Source: Auanema rhodensis
Lineage: Eukaryota; Animalia; Nematoda
Assembly (NCBI GenBank): GCA_964057225.1
Contig: OZ059894.1
Span: 15,686,001-15,750,000 of the forward strand
Reading direction: 5' to 3'
DNA length: 64,000 nt
The notes under the pieces are model-generated. The model saw only the letters and a list, made by a program, of their open reading frames with translations. It was not told the origin of the DNA and did no database searches. The translations under genes were made by a program, and so were the position numbers. Positions 11,278-24,601 of the stretch are shown piece after piece. Every line of letters begins with the position of its first letter. Positions within the stretch are counted from its first letter, which is position 1.

Positions 11278-13464
11278 TGCTGGGCCCATAACCCAGAGGT
11301 CGGTGGATCGAAACCACTCGCTGCTATTGTTTTACCAATTACTGAAATCTAATTTATCAATTTTTTGAGTTTTTGGTACTACCGATTTAGAATTCATCAT
11401 ACGCCTCGTTGTAGACCACATTCGAAGCAGCGTGGCGCAGTGGAAGCGTGCTGGGCCCATAACCCAGAGGTCGGTGGATCGAAACCACTCGCTGCTAGTG
11501 TTTTACCGATTCCAGAAATCTAATTTATCTATTTTTTTATTTTTTGGTACTACCGATTCAGAATTCATCATACACCTCTTTGTATGCCACATTCGAAGCA
11601 GCGTGGCGCAGTGGAAGCGTGCTGGGCCCATAACCCAGAGGTCGGTGGATCGAAACCACTCGCTGCTATTGTTTTACCAATTACTGAAATCTAATTTATC
11701 AATTTTTTGAGTTTTTGGTACTACCGATTTAGAATTCATCATACGCCTCGTTGTAGACCACATTCGAAGCAGCGTGGCGCAGTGGAAGCGTGCTGGGCCC
11801 ATAACCCAGAGGTCGGTGGATCGAAACCACTCGCTGCTAGTGTTTTACCGATTCCAGAAATCTAATTTATCTATTTTTTTATTTTTTGGTACTACCGATT
11901 CAGAATTCATCATACACCTCTTTGTATGCCACATTCGAAGCAGCGTGGCGCAGTGGAAGCGTGCTGGGCCCATAACCCAGAGGTCGGTGGATCGAAACCA
12001 CTCGCTGCTATTGTTTTACCAATTACTGAATTCTAATTTATCAATTTTTTGATGTTTTGGTTCTACCGATTCAGAATTCATCATACACCTCTTTGTATGC
12101 CACATTCGAAGCAGCGTGGCGCAGTGGAAGCGTGCTGGGCCCATAACCCAGAGGTCGGTGGATCGAAACCACTCGCTGCTATTGTTTTACCAATTACTGA
12201 AATCTAATTTATCAATTTTTTGAGTTTTTGGTACTACCGATTTAGAATTCATCATACGCCTCGTTGTAGACCACATTCGAAGCAGCGTGGCGCAGTGGAA
12301 GCGTGCTGGGCCCATAACCCAGAGGTCGGTGGATCGAAACCACTCGCTGCTAGTGTTTTACCGATTCCAGAAATCTAATTTATCTATTTTTTTATTTTTT
12401 GGTACTACCGATTCAGAATTCATCATACACCTCTTTGTATGCCACATTCGAAGCAGCGTGGCGCAGTGGAAGCGTGCTGGGCCCATAACCCAGAGGTCGG
12501 TGGATCGAAACCACTCGCTGCTATTGTTTTACCAATTACTGAATTCTAATTTATCAATTTTTTGATGTTTTGGTTCTACCGATTCAGAATTCATCATACA
12601 CCTCGGTGTATGCCACATTCGAAGCAGCGTGGCGCAGTGGAAGCGTGCTGGGCCCATAACCCAGAGGTCGGTGGATCGAAACCACTCGCTGCTATTGTTT
12701 TACCAATTACTGAAATCTAATTTATCTATTTTTTTAATTTTTGGATCTACCGATTCAGAATTCATCATACACCTCTTTGTATGCCACATTCGAAGCAGCG
12801 TGGCGCAGTGGAAGCGTGCTGGGCCCATAACCCAGAGGTCGGTGGATCGAAACCACTCGCTGCTATTGTTTTACCAATTACTGAATTCTAATTTATCAAT
12901 TTTTTGATGTTTTGGTTCTACCGATTCAGAATTCATCATACACCTCGGTGTATGCCACATTTGAAGCAGCGTGGCGCAGTGGAAGCGTGCTGGGCCCATA
13001 ACCCAGAGGTCGGTGGATCGAAACCACTCGCTGCTATTGTTTTACCAAATACTGAAATCTAATTTATCAATTTTCTGATTTTTTGGATCTACCGATTCAG
13101 AATTCATCATACACCTCTTTGTATGCCACATTCGAAGCAGCGTGGCGCAGTGGAAGCGTGCTGGGCCCATAACCCAGAGGTCGGTGGATCGAAACCACTC
13201 GCTGCTATTGTTTTACCAATTACTGAATTCTAATTTATCAATTTTTTGATGTTTTGGTTCTACCGATTCAGAATTCATCATACACCTCGGTGTATGCCAC
13301 ATTCGAAGCAGCGTGGCGCAGTGGAAGCGTGCTGGGCCCATAACCCAGAGGTCGGTGGATCGAAACCACTCGCTGCTATTGTTTTACCAATTACTGAAAT
13401 CTAATTTATCAATTTTTTGAGTTTTTGGTTCTACTGATTCAGAATTCATCATACACCTCGGTGT
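11278..13464 (+). repeat. tRNA-iMet tandem array, block 1: one 3' half-gene plus 12 full genes, 171-bp period, mixed spacer variants
   Basis: tRNA starts at 11426 + 171n up to 13307. Confidence 0.97.
11426..11497 (+). tRNA. initiator tRNA-Met (CAT); representative copy of the array
   Basis: AGCAGCGTGGCGCAGTGGAAGCGTGCTGGGCCCATAACCCAGAGGTCGGTGGATCGAAACCACTCGCTGCTA: A1-T72 pair, three G-C pairs at the base of the anticodon stem, GATCG T-loop (A54), TTTT Pol III terminator 3 nt downstream. Confidence 0.98.
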
Positions 13465-16400
13465 CGTTCCATTCGGACTTCCCATAAATGTAGCTGAAGG
13501 GTTAGAGCCAGACGACCAGAGGACCGAGGAATGGCTCCGCCTTCCCTCGTTCCCTTGGTCGGGAGTTCACCTCTTAGCAAGCTCATGGACGGCTTGTAGT
13601 TTAGTCTTTATACTTATCTTTATCTTATTGTATTGTATCTTTATATTTGTATATTATTGTTGTAGTTTCATGTCAATAAATCTTTCTCTCTTTTATCTTC
13701 TGATTGACCTTATGCTCAGTAATCCTACCACTACACCAAGGAATACTATTCGCGTCATGGTATAAACTACAATGATTTATATTATCGACGCAGGAGCATA
13801 ACGGAACGTGGAGGTTCCACCTCGAACTCATCTTTTGAACAAAAAAAAATTTTTTTTTTTATTTTAAAAGTCCATTTTTGCATTCTAAATTATAAATCCT
13901 CCACTTGAAACAACAAAATGAAGGCGCCAATTTGTTTTAAGGTACAAGGAATCTCGCTTAAATGCGAGATAGGACCAATAAAAATTTTTGCCCGCCGTCC
14001 TCAATTTAAAACCGTCTGAATGTCCACCCTTTTCTATATCGTATCTTGTACCGCTTCTCATGCCATTTTGAGGACGTTTGGATTGAAATAGAGGACAATT
14101 TCGCCAAACGAGAAAATATAGTTGTTCACATTTTTTTTTGGTGGCATAGAGAAGTTTGATTATTGGAACAAAAATTTATAAGACGCGCGCAATTGATTAT
14201 AGTTTGTATATTTTGTGGTCAGGACTAGAATTTTGAAAATATTATTATATTCAGACGTAAAAGACCATTTTACATATTATTTTGCGGGAAACCAAAAACG
14301 GTTACATAAATTGAATATAAAAAGAGACCACACTAGTCCGAAAAAGCCTGGTAAATCTGCAATAAGACTTCTCAGCTCTTAATTGACAGTCAGGTCAAGT
14401 TGGCGGAAGCATAACTGCTACGGATTTTATCCCCGTAGATTATGTCACCTTCCTCAAATCATTTCGTTGTTTCAACTCATAAGATACCCCTTATCTCCTA
14501 CAGTAATCCTAAGTTATTTGGAAATGTTCAAAAATAGACGTATTTTTCTCATTTTCAAAAAGAAATTCGCTTAGGAAAACGCATTTTTGCTTATTTTGAT
14601 CAAGAAAAGGGACAGACTTTTCAATAACTCTCCTCAAACCTCATTAGCATGCACAATGTCGAAAACATTTTGAGCAAAACATGCTATTTAAGGAAAAAGG
14701 AATGAGGACAAGATTGAAAAACACATAAGGCCATTTTCTTGACGAAAACAGAGCAAAGTGCACAAAAAAAAACACAGAGTACAAGCTTTGTTCAGTCAAT
14801 ACCCGTATTTGATTTGCAACCGAGTTCGAAACTCAGAGGCAAGAAACATAGGAGTTTCGCTCGCAATTAAATCTTCACTATATTCTAAACCTCGCGAAAC
14901 CCTAAGTTCCAAACCAAATAATGAGTCATCATAAACAATATAGATTTTAAACAATAATCTATATAAAAAAATAATAATAAAAATGACTCTTTTCCTGGTA
15001 CCAGGCCCAAGGACGTGCGGTTAATAAACCGGCCCTACCATTATATATATGAGCGCATAGATCAACTAAGCACCTCCGACCAACAAGCTCCACTTCGGGA
15101 GCTACATCTACGAAGGTGGCAAAGTTTATATGGCCCTGCCCCAAATAATACATTTGAAGATCTTCGATAAACTAAAGTAATCAAATAATCAAACATAAAA
15201 TGGAGATACACGAACCATTAAAATTATATCAAGATTTGGCCTATAAGCCAAAACTCCTTCTCCATCGTACTCAACGATGGATTCGTATAATTTCCACAGG
15301 ACATAAGTCATGCCAGTGGGATTATAACGTTGGAAATCCATTTTTTTTCCTTTCTTTCTTTTCTTTTCTTTTGTTTCTAACCTTAAAATAAATGTCCAAA
15401 GGCCGCAAAAGTACAAAGGGGACGACATGAATAAAGTTTTTTTTTAAAGATTCTAGAGCAGTAAAAAAACAAAATTAGAGGAAAGTGCAAGAGCGGATAC
15501 AAATAGTTTTTGCGAAGAGATAAACATCATTAACTATAATAAGCTTACGGTAGATAGGCGGAGTCAGATTCCTGGCCAGGATTTGAAAAACTCCCTCTCA
15601 TTTACCCTGCGCATCGCCCAGCAAAGTATGACTATCCTATTGCTCCCGAATCTTTCTCTCTCCCAACACACATCTAAAAGAATCTTACGCGCCTTACGTC
15701 AACATCCCACACGTAGCTCACCATTCTCGGTTTTTCCAAACCAAGAGTCCTATAAAGGTGGCCAAAAGATTCTCATCGGCTTTCCGAGCCCTTTACCCGT
15801 CCGATACCAACAGTGACGCTACTGTCGCAAGTCGTCGCAGAAGCCGTACCCGACTTCTTAGTGTTCAAATAGAAAAACCGCACCAACCAGCCGAGAAGCC
15901 GAAGCCGCAAGTCGACCAGTTTTATACTCCCCGAGAAGGAACATATTCACCTTCTGACGACACCTACGAAGATCCGGACTTCATCATAGCCGACGACAGA
16001 AAAAAATTTTATATACATTCTTTTCTTTTCTGTAGATTGTAAAATGAAAGTAACGGTGAATTAGAAAAATTTTGATGAGAGATTAAGGGAGTAAACAACC
16101 AAAAATAAGGAATAAGCAAAAATATAATAGAAATAAATGGCTACCGTAATCCTATACGACCGATAGAGATAATATTTTGCGCTAAACTGAGCTCCATATG
16201 TATCTCCAAGAAGAGACGAACATTGGCAGGCGCCTAAGCCACACCCCATCTGAGTGGTAGCCTCCATTAGTACTCAAGGATTCATTCAGAGAGACACATG
16301 AAGACGAAAAAAATTAATAACTAAAAATCTTTATCCCCATCATCATTAGGATACGAGTAACCATGCACGCAAAAAGTTGAATAATTCCTTATTATCTCAC

Positions 16401-17026
16401 ATAAATCTCAAATTCATGAAACAATTTTTTTTATTACAGTACTACAATGACTAAATTTATTTTTCTAATCCTCCGTTACAAAATAACATAAAACCCATTA
16501 TTGTATTCAAATTCTATCTTAATACCATAAAGAAACCTATTAATACCATTTAAATATCTTTCTACATGTAGATTTTAAAACTTTCAATTTTATTTGTAAA
16601 CTCCTAGACTCTAAAACTCAGCTACATATACACTAAAAACTCTTTATATCGCGCGGACGCGAAAAATCTTTGAAAAAGGGCACGTTCCATTCGGACTCCC
16701 CATAAATGTAGCTGAAGGGTTAGAGCCAGACGACCAGAGGACCGAGGAATGGCTCCGCCTTCCCTCGTTCCCTTGGTCGGGAGTTCGCCTCTTAGCAAGC
16801 TCATGGACGGCTTGTAGTTTAGTCTTTATACTTATCTTTATCTTATTGTATTGTATCTTTATATTTGTATATTATTGTTGTAGTTTAATGTCAATAAATC
16901 TTTCTCTCTTTTATCTTATGATTGACCTTATGCTCAGTAATCCTACCACTACACCAAGGAATACTATTCGCGTCATGGTATAAACTACAATGATTTATAT
17001 TATCGACGCAGGAGCATAACGGAACG
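13465..17026 (+). mobile_element. Internally deleted, non-autonomous copy of the Gypsy element
   Basis: 344-bp LTRs at 13465-13808 and 16683-17026, GTGT TSD, PBS at 13809. Colinear with 33425-35947 and then 61032-62070, joined at GACGACA near 15992-15998. Confidence 0.95.
14796..15341 (-). pseudogene. Antisense spliced accessory gene of the Gypsy, variant 1 (one frameshift in a T-run near 14965)
   Basis: MDFQRYNPTGMTYVL...DIILM, 44-nt GTTCGT...TTTAG intron, FIEDLQMYYLGQG...EFRTRLQIKYGY*. Homologous to 34766-35308. Confidence 0.7.
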
Positions 17027-20000
17027 GTGTATGCCACATTCGAAGCAGAGTGGCGCAGTGGAAGCGTGCTGGGCCCATAACCCAGAGGTCGGTGGATCGA
17101 AACCACTCGCTGCTATTGTTTTACCAATTACTGAAATCTAATTTACCAATTTTTTGATTTTTTGGTTCTACCGATTCAGAATTCATTATACACCTCGGAG
17201 TATGCCACATTCGAAGCAGCGTGGCGCAGTGGAAGCGTGCTGGGCCCATAACCCAGAGGTCGGTGGATCGAAACCACTCGCTAGTAGTGTTTTACCGATT
17301 CCAGAAATCTAATTTATCTATTTTTTTATTTTTCGGTACTACCGATTTAGAATTCATCATACACCTCGGTGTATGCCACATTCGAAGCAGCGTGGCGCAG
17401 TGGAAGCGTGCTGGGCCCATAACCCAGAGGTCGGTGGATCGAAACCACTCGCTGCTAGTGTTTTACCGATTCCAGAAATCTAATTTATCTATTTTTTTAT
17501 TTTTTGGTACTACCGATTTAGAATTCATCATACACCTCGGTGTATACCACATTCGAAGCAGCGTGGCGCAGTGGAAACGTGCTGGGCCCATAACCCAGAG
17601 GTCGGTGGATCGAAACCACTCGCTGCTATTGTTTTACCAATTACTGAAATCTAATTTACCAATTTTTTGATTTTTTGGTTCTACCGATTCCACTCGCTGC
17701 TAGTGCCACTCGCTGCTAGTGTTTTATCGATTAAAGAAAACTATTTAAATCAATTTTTTTTGATTTTTTGGTTCTACTGGATCAGAATTTATCATACACC
17801 TCGTAGTAGACCACATTCGAAGCAGCGTGGCGCAGTGGAAGCGTGCTGGGCCCATAACCCAGAGGTCGGTGGATCGAAACCACTCGCTGCTAGTGTTTTA
17901 CCGATTCCAGAAATCTAATTTATCTATTTTTTTATTTTTTGGTACTAACGATTTAGAATTCATCATACACCTCGGTGTATGCCACATTCGAAGCAGCGTG
18001 GCGCAGTGGAAGCGTGCTGGGCCCATAACCCAGAGGTCGGTGGATCGAAACCACTCGCTGCTAGTGTTTTACCGATTCCAGAAATCTAATTTATCTATTT
18101 TTTTATTTTTTGGTACTACCGATTTAGAATTCATCATACACCTCGGTGTATACCAAGTTCGAAGCAGCGTGGCGCAGTGGAAGCGTGCTGGGCCCATAAC
18201 CCAGAGGTCGGTGGATCGAAACCACTCGCTGCTAGTGTTTTACCGATTCCAGAAATCTAATTTATCTATTTTTTTATTTGTTGGTACTACTGATTTAGAA
18301 TTCATCATACACCTCGGTGTATGCCACATTCGAAGCAGCGTGGCGCAGTGGAAGCGTGCTGGGCCCATAACCCAGAGGTCGGTGGATCGAAACCACTCGC
18401 TGCTAGTGTTTTACCGATTCCAGAAATCTAATTTATCTATTTTTTTATTTTTTGGTACTACCGATTTAGAATTCATCATACACCTCGGTGTATGCCACAT
18501 TCGAAGCAGCGTGGCGCAGTGGAAGCGTGCTGGGCCCATAACCCAGAGGTCGGTGGATCGAAACCACTCGCTGCTAGTGTTTTACCGATTCCAGAAATCT
18601 AATTTATCTATTTTTTTATTTTTTGGTACTACCGATTTAGAATTCATCATACACCTCGGTGTATGCCACATTCGAAGCAGCGTGGCGCAGTGGAAGCGTG
18701 CTGGGCCCATAACCCAGAGGTCGGTGGATCGAAACCACTCGCTGCTAGTGTTTTACCGATTCCAGAAATCTAATTTATCTATTTTTTTATTTTTTGGTAC
18801 TACCGATTTAGAATTCATCATACACCTCGGTGTATGCCACATTCGAAGCAGCGTGGCGCAGTGGAAGCGTGCTGGGCCCATAACCCAGAGGTCGGTGGAT
18901 CGAAACCACTCGCTGCTAGTGTTTTACCGATTCCAGAAATCTAATTTATCTATTTTTTTATTTTTTGGTACTACCGATTTAGAATTCATCATACACCTCG
19001 GTGTATGCCACATTCGAAGCAGCGTGGCGCAGTGGAAGCGTGCTGGGCCCATAACCCAGAGGTCGGTGGATCGAAACCACTCGCTGCTAGTGTTTTATCG
19101 ATTAAAGAAAACTATTTAAATCAATTTTTTTTGATTTTTTGGTTCTACTGGATCAGAATTTATCATACACCTCGTAGTAGACCACATTCGAAGCAGCGTG
19201 GCGCAGTGGAAGCGTGCTGGGCCCATAACCCAGAGGTCGGTGGATCGAAACCACTCGCTGCTAGTGTTTTACCGATTCCAGAAATCTAATTTATCTATTT
19301 TTTTATTTTTTGGTACTACCGATTTAGAATTCATCATACACCTCGGTGTATGCCACATTCGAAGCAGCGTGGCGCAGTGGAAGCGTGCTGGGCCCATAAC
19401 CCAGAGGTCGGTGGATCGAAACCACTCGCTGCTATTGTTTTACCAATTACTGAAATCTAATTTACCAATTTTTTGATTTTTTGGTTCTACCGATTCAGAA
19501 TTCATTATACACCTCGGAGTATGCCACATTCGAAGCAGCGTGGCGCAGTGGAAACGTGCTGGGCCCATAACCCAGAGGTCGGTGGATCGAAACCACTCGC
19601 TAGTAGTGTTTTACCGATTCCAGAAATCTAATTTATCTATTTTTTTATTTTTCGGTACTACCGATTTAGAATTCATCATACACCTCGGTGTATGCCACAT
19701 TCGAAGCAGCGTGGCGCAGTGGAAGCGTGCTGGGCCCATAACCCAGAGGTCGGTGGATCGAAACCACTCGCTGCTAGTGTTTTACCGATTCCAGAAATCT
19801 AATTTATCTATTTCTTTATTTTTTGGTACTACCGATTTAGAATTCATCATACACCTCGGTGTATACCACATTCGAAGCAGCGTGGCGCAGTGGAAGCGTG
19901 CTGGGCCCATAACCCAGAGGTCGGTGGATCGAAACCACTCGCTGCTAGTGTTTTACCGATTCCAGAAATCTAATTTATCTATTTTTTTATTTTTTGGTAC

Positions 20001-20612
20001 TACGGATTCAGAATTCATCATACACCTCGGTGTATACCACATTCGAAGCAGCGTGGCGCAGTGGAAGCGTGCTGGGCCCATAACCCAGAGGTCGGTGGAT
20101 CGAAACCACTCGCTGCTAGTGTTTTACCGATTCCAGAAATCTAATTTATCTATTTTTTTATTTTTTGGTACTACCGATTTAGAATTCATCATACACCTCG
20201 GTGTATGCCACATTCGAAGCAGCGTGGCGCAGTGGAAGCGTGCGGGGCCCATAACCCAGAGGTCGGTGGATCGAAACCACTCGCTGCTAGTGTTTTACCG
20301 ATTCCAGAAATCTAATTTATCTATTTTTTTATTTTTTGGTACTACCGATTTAGAATTCATCATACACCTCGGTGTATGCCACATTCGAAGCAGCGTGGCG
20401 CAGTGGAAGCGTGCTGGACCCATAACCCAGAGGTCGGTGGATCGAAACCACTCGCTGCTAGTGTTTTACCGATTCCAGAAATCTAATTTATCTATTTTTT
20501 TATTTTTTGGTACTACCGATTTAGAGTTCATCATACACCTCGGTGTATGCCACATTCGAAGCAGCGTGGCGCAGTGGAAGCGTGCTGGGCCCATAACCCA
20601 AAGGTCGGTGGA

Positions 20613-22049
20613 GGTAGGGCTCTTTTTCCATATCTATACCCCCCGATTTTAGCCCCGCCCCTTTTGCCGTCGAGCGCATACTTTTACTACCAGCTTACTT
20701 CCCTTCCTAAAACGGGGGGTTTGGAGGGGTTTCCCCCCCCAATGGGGTTATAATATTTCAACACAGTAACCATGGATTTAGAAAGCGTGTAATACATTGT
20801 AAAACCATGAATTTAAAAAGCGTGTAATACATTGTAATTAGCTGTAATTACAACAATAAAACTGGAATATATTATGATATTAATAACTGAATCTTAATTT
20901 ATCATTGCATCTGCGTTACCGACCGTATTTTCTCAAAATGTTCGCTCTGAAAGAAAGACTCCGTACTGAAGCTGATGCAGTACAATTTTTACAAGAGAAA
21001 GGAATAATTCCTCAAACTAAGGAATGTGATAGATGCGCGAGACAAATGAACATTTCTGTTGTTCGAAATAAGTGGAGATGCACCAGAAAGGACTGTAGAA
21101 AAGAAGTTTTAATTAAGAAAGGAACATATCTTCAAGGTTATAAAGTTAAAAACTAAATATTAACAGCATTAACATTTTAGGCTCAAAATTGTCGTACACA
21201 AAGTTCATTCTTTTCGTGTATTGTTGGAGTAAAGAATATACCACCATTACGTTTTGCCAAGATGAATTAGATATGAAATCTTGCCAGACCGCTGTTGACT
21301 ACAACAATTATATGAGGGAAATTTGTGCGTTCAGGATCTTGAAGCATCCCATGAAGATTGGAGGTCCAAATATGACTGTGGAAATTGTTGAAACGTTGGT
21401 TTCACGTAGGAAGTTCAATGTAGGAAGGGTAAGACCAGCTCAATGGGTTTTCGGGGGAGTATGTAGGGAAACAGAAGAGTGTTTTTTATATGCTGTTCCT
21501 GATAGAACTACAGAAACCTTTAACAGCTGCATTACTAACTGTATAGAGCCACAAACTACCATAGTTAGTGATTGTTGGAGAGCATATGGGGGAATTGATG
21601 GTCTTATCCAACAGTATAGACACTTAACAGTTAACCACAGATACAACTTCACGGATCCAGAGACAGGAGCTAACACTAATATGATTGAAGGACTTTGGAG
21701 CTTGGCTAAAGCGAAATTCAAGCGCATGTATGGGGTACGTCAAACAATGCTAGACGGATACCTATGTGAGTTTATGTGGCGTAGAAGAAATAGGAACAGG
21801 GACCTTTTCGAAACTATATTACAAGATATTGCTGAATTTACTCAAGAAGAAATTTGAAAAATGTTAAATTCTATTAATCAAATCTGTTAATGATTTAATA
21901 ATAATAACTTTTGTGTTTATATTTTCGTTTTTTTAGCTCTTATATATTCTATGAACCTCCGTATCTCATATTGTTATCACATTAAACAAAAGTATGCACC
22001 AAACGGCAAAAGGGCGGGGCTAAAATTGGGGGGTATAGATATGGAAAAA
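20613..22049 (+). mobile_element. Merlin (IS1595/ISXO2-like) DNA transposon inside a tRNA-iMet gene; right end truncated
   Basis: Left end GGTAGGGCTCTTTTTCCATATCTATACCCCCC; right TIR ...GGGGGGTATAGATATGGAAAAA lacks the outer 10 bp and any TSD. Confidence 0.9.
20938..21857 (+). CDS. Merlin transposase, 2 exons (20938-21136, 21181-21857); first catalytic Asp appears replaced by Val
   Basis: N-terminal zinc ribbon (CDRC...WRCTRKDC), GGPNMTVEIVET (consensus VEIDE), IVSDCWRAY, VNH..F.DP.TG, TNMIEGLW, YLCEFMWR; 44-nt GT-AG intron joins the two ORFs in frame. Confidence 0.88.
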
Positions 22050-24601
22050 CCACTCGCTGCTAGTGTTTTACCGATTCCAGAAATCTAATTTATCTATTTT
22101 TTTATTTTTTGGTACTACCGATTTAGAATTCATCATACACCTCGGTGTATGCCACATTCGAAGCAGCGTGGCGCAGTGGAAGCGTGCTGGGCCCATAACC
22201 CAAAGGTCGGTGGATCGAAACCACTCGCTGCTAATTGTTTTACCGATTCCAGGAAATTAGTTAATCAATTTTTTGATTTTTTGGTTCTACCGATTCAGAA
22301 TTCATCATACACCTCGGTGTATGCCACATTCGAAGCAGAGTGGCGCAGAGGAAGCGTGCTGGGCCCATAACAAAGAGGTCGGTGGATCGAAACCACTCGC
22401 TGCTATTTTTTTACCAATTCCAGAAATCTAATTTATCAATTTTTTGATTTTTTGGTTCTACCGATTTAGAATTCATCATACACCTCGGTGTATGCCACAT
22501 TCGAAGCAGCGTGGCGCAGTGGAAGCGTGCTGGACCCATAACAAAGAGGTCGGTGGATAGTGTTTTATCGATTAAAGAAAACTATTTAAATCAATTTTTT
22601 TTGATTTTTTGGTTCTACTGGATCAGAATTTATCATACACCTCGTAGTAGACCACATTCGAAGCAGCGTGGCGCAGTGGAAGCGTGCTGGGCCCATAACC
22701 CAGAGGTCGGTGGATCGAAACCACTCGCTGCTAGTGTTTTACCGATTCCAGAAATCTAATTTATCTATTTTTTTATTTTTTGGTACTACCGATTTAGAAT
22801 TCATCATACACCTCGGTGTATGCCACATTCGAAGCAGCGTGGCGCAGTGGAAGCGTGCTGGGCCCATAACCCAGAGGTCGGTGGATCGAAACCACTCGCT
22901 GCTAGTGTTTTATCGATTAAAGAAAACTATTTAAATCAATTTTTTTTGATTTTGTGGTTCTACTGGATCAGAATTTATCATACACCTCGTAGTAGACCAC
23001 ATTCGAAGCAGCGTGGCGCAGTGGAAGCGTGCTGGGCCCATAACCCAGAGGTCGGTGGATCGAAACCACTCGCTGCTAGTGTTTTACCGATTCCAGAAAT
23101 CTAATTTATCTATTTTTTTATTTTTTGGTACTACCGATTTAGAATTCATCATACACCTCGGTGTATACCAAGTTCGAAGCAGCGTGGCGCAGTGGAAGCG
23201 TGCTGGGCCCATAACCCAGAGGTCGGTGGATCGAAACCACTCGCTGCTAGTGTTTTACCGATTCCAGAAATCTAATTTATCTATTTTTTGAGTTTTTGGT
23301 ACTACCGATTTAGAATTCATCATACACCTCGGTGTATGCCACATTCGAAGCAGCGTGGCGCAGTGGAAGCGTGCTGGGCCCATAACCCAGAGGTCGGTGG
23401 ATCGAAACCACTCGCTGCTAGTGTTTTATCGATTAAAGAAAACTATTTAAATCAATTTTTTTTGATTTTTTGGTTCTACTGGATCAGAATTTATCATACA
23501 CCTCGTAGTAGACCACATTCGAAGCAGCGTGGCGCAGTGGAAGCGTGCTGGGCCCATAACCCAGAGGTCGGTGGATCGAAACCACTCGCTGCTAGTGTTT
23601 TACCGATTCCAGAAATCTAATTTATCTATTTTTTTATTTTTTGGTACTACCGATTTAGAATTCATCATACACCTCGGTGTATGCCACATTCGAAGCAGCG
23701 TGGCGCAGTGGAAGCGTGCTGGGCCCATAACCCAGAGGTCGGTGGATCGAAACCACTCGCTGCTAGTGTTTTACCAATTCCAGAAATCTAATTTATCTAT
23801 TTCTTTATTTTTTGGTACTACCGATTTAGAATTCATCATACACCTCGGTGTATACCACATTCGAAGCAGCGTGGCGCAGTGGAAGCGTGCTGGGCCCATA
23901 ACCCAGAGGTCGGTGGATCGAAACCACTCGCTGCTAGTGTTTTACCGATTCCAGAAATCTAATTTATCTATTTTTTTATTTTTTGGTACTACGGATTCAG
24001 AATTCATCATACACCTCGGTGTATACCACATTCGAAGCAGCGTGGCGCAGTGGAAGCGTGCTGGGCCCATAACCCAGAGGTCGGTGGATCGAAACCACTC
24101 GCTGCTAGTGTTTTACCGATTCCAGAAATCTAATTTATCTATTTTTTTATTTTTTGGTACTACCGATTTAGAATTCATCATACACCTCGGTGTATGCCAC
24201 ATTCGAAGCAGCGTGGCGCAGTGGAAGCGTGCGGGGCCCATAACCCAGAGGTCGGTGGATCGAAACCACTCGCTGCTAGTGTTTTACCGATTCCAGAAAT
24301 CTAATTTATCTATTTTTTTATTTTTTGGTACTACCGATTTAGAATTCATCATACACCTCGGTGTATGCCACATTCGAAGCAGCGTGGCGCAGTGGAAGCG
24401 TGCTGGACCCATAACCCAGAGGTCGGTGGATCGAAACCACTCGCTGCTAGTGTTTTACCGATTCCAGAAATCTAATTTATCTATTTTTTTATTTTTTGGT
24501 ACTACCGATTTAGAGTTCATCATACACCTCGGTGTATGCCACATTCGAAGCAGCGTGGCGCAGTGGAAGCGTGCTGGGCCCATAACCCAAAGGTCGGTGG
24601 A

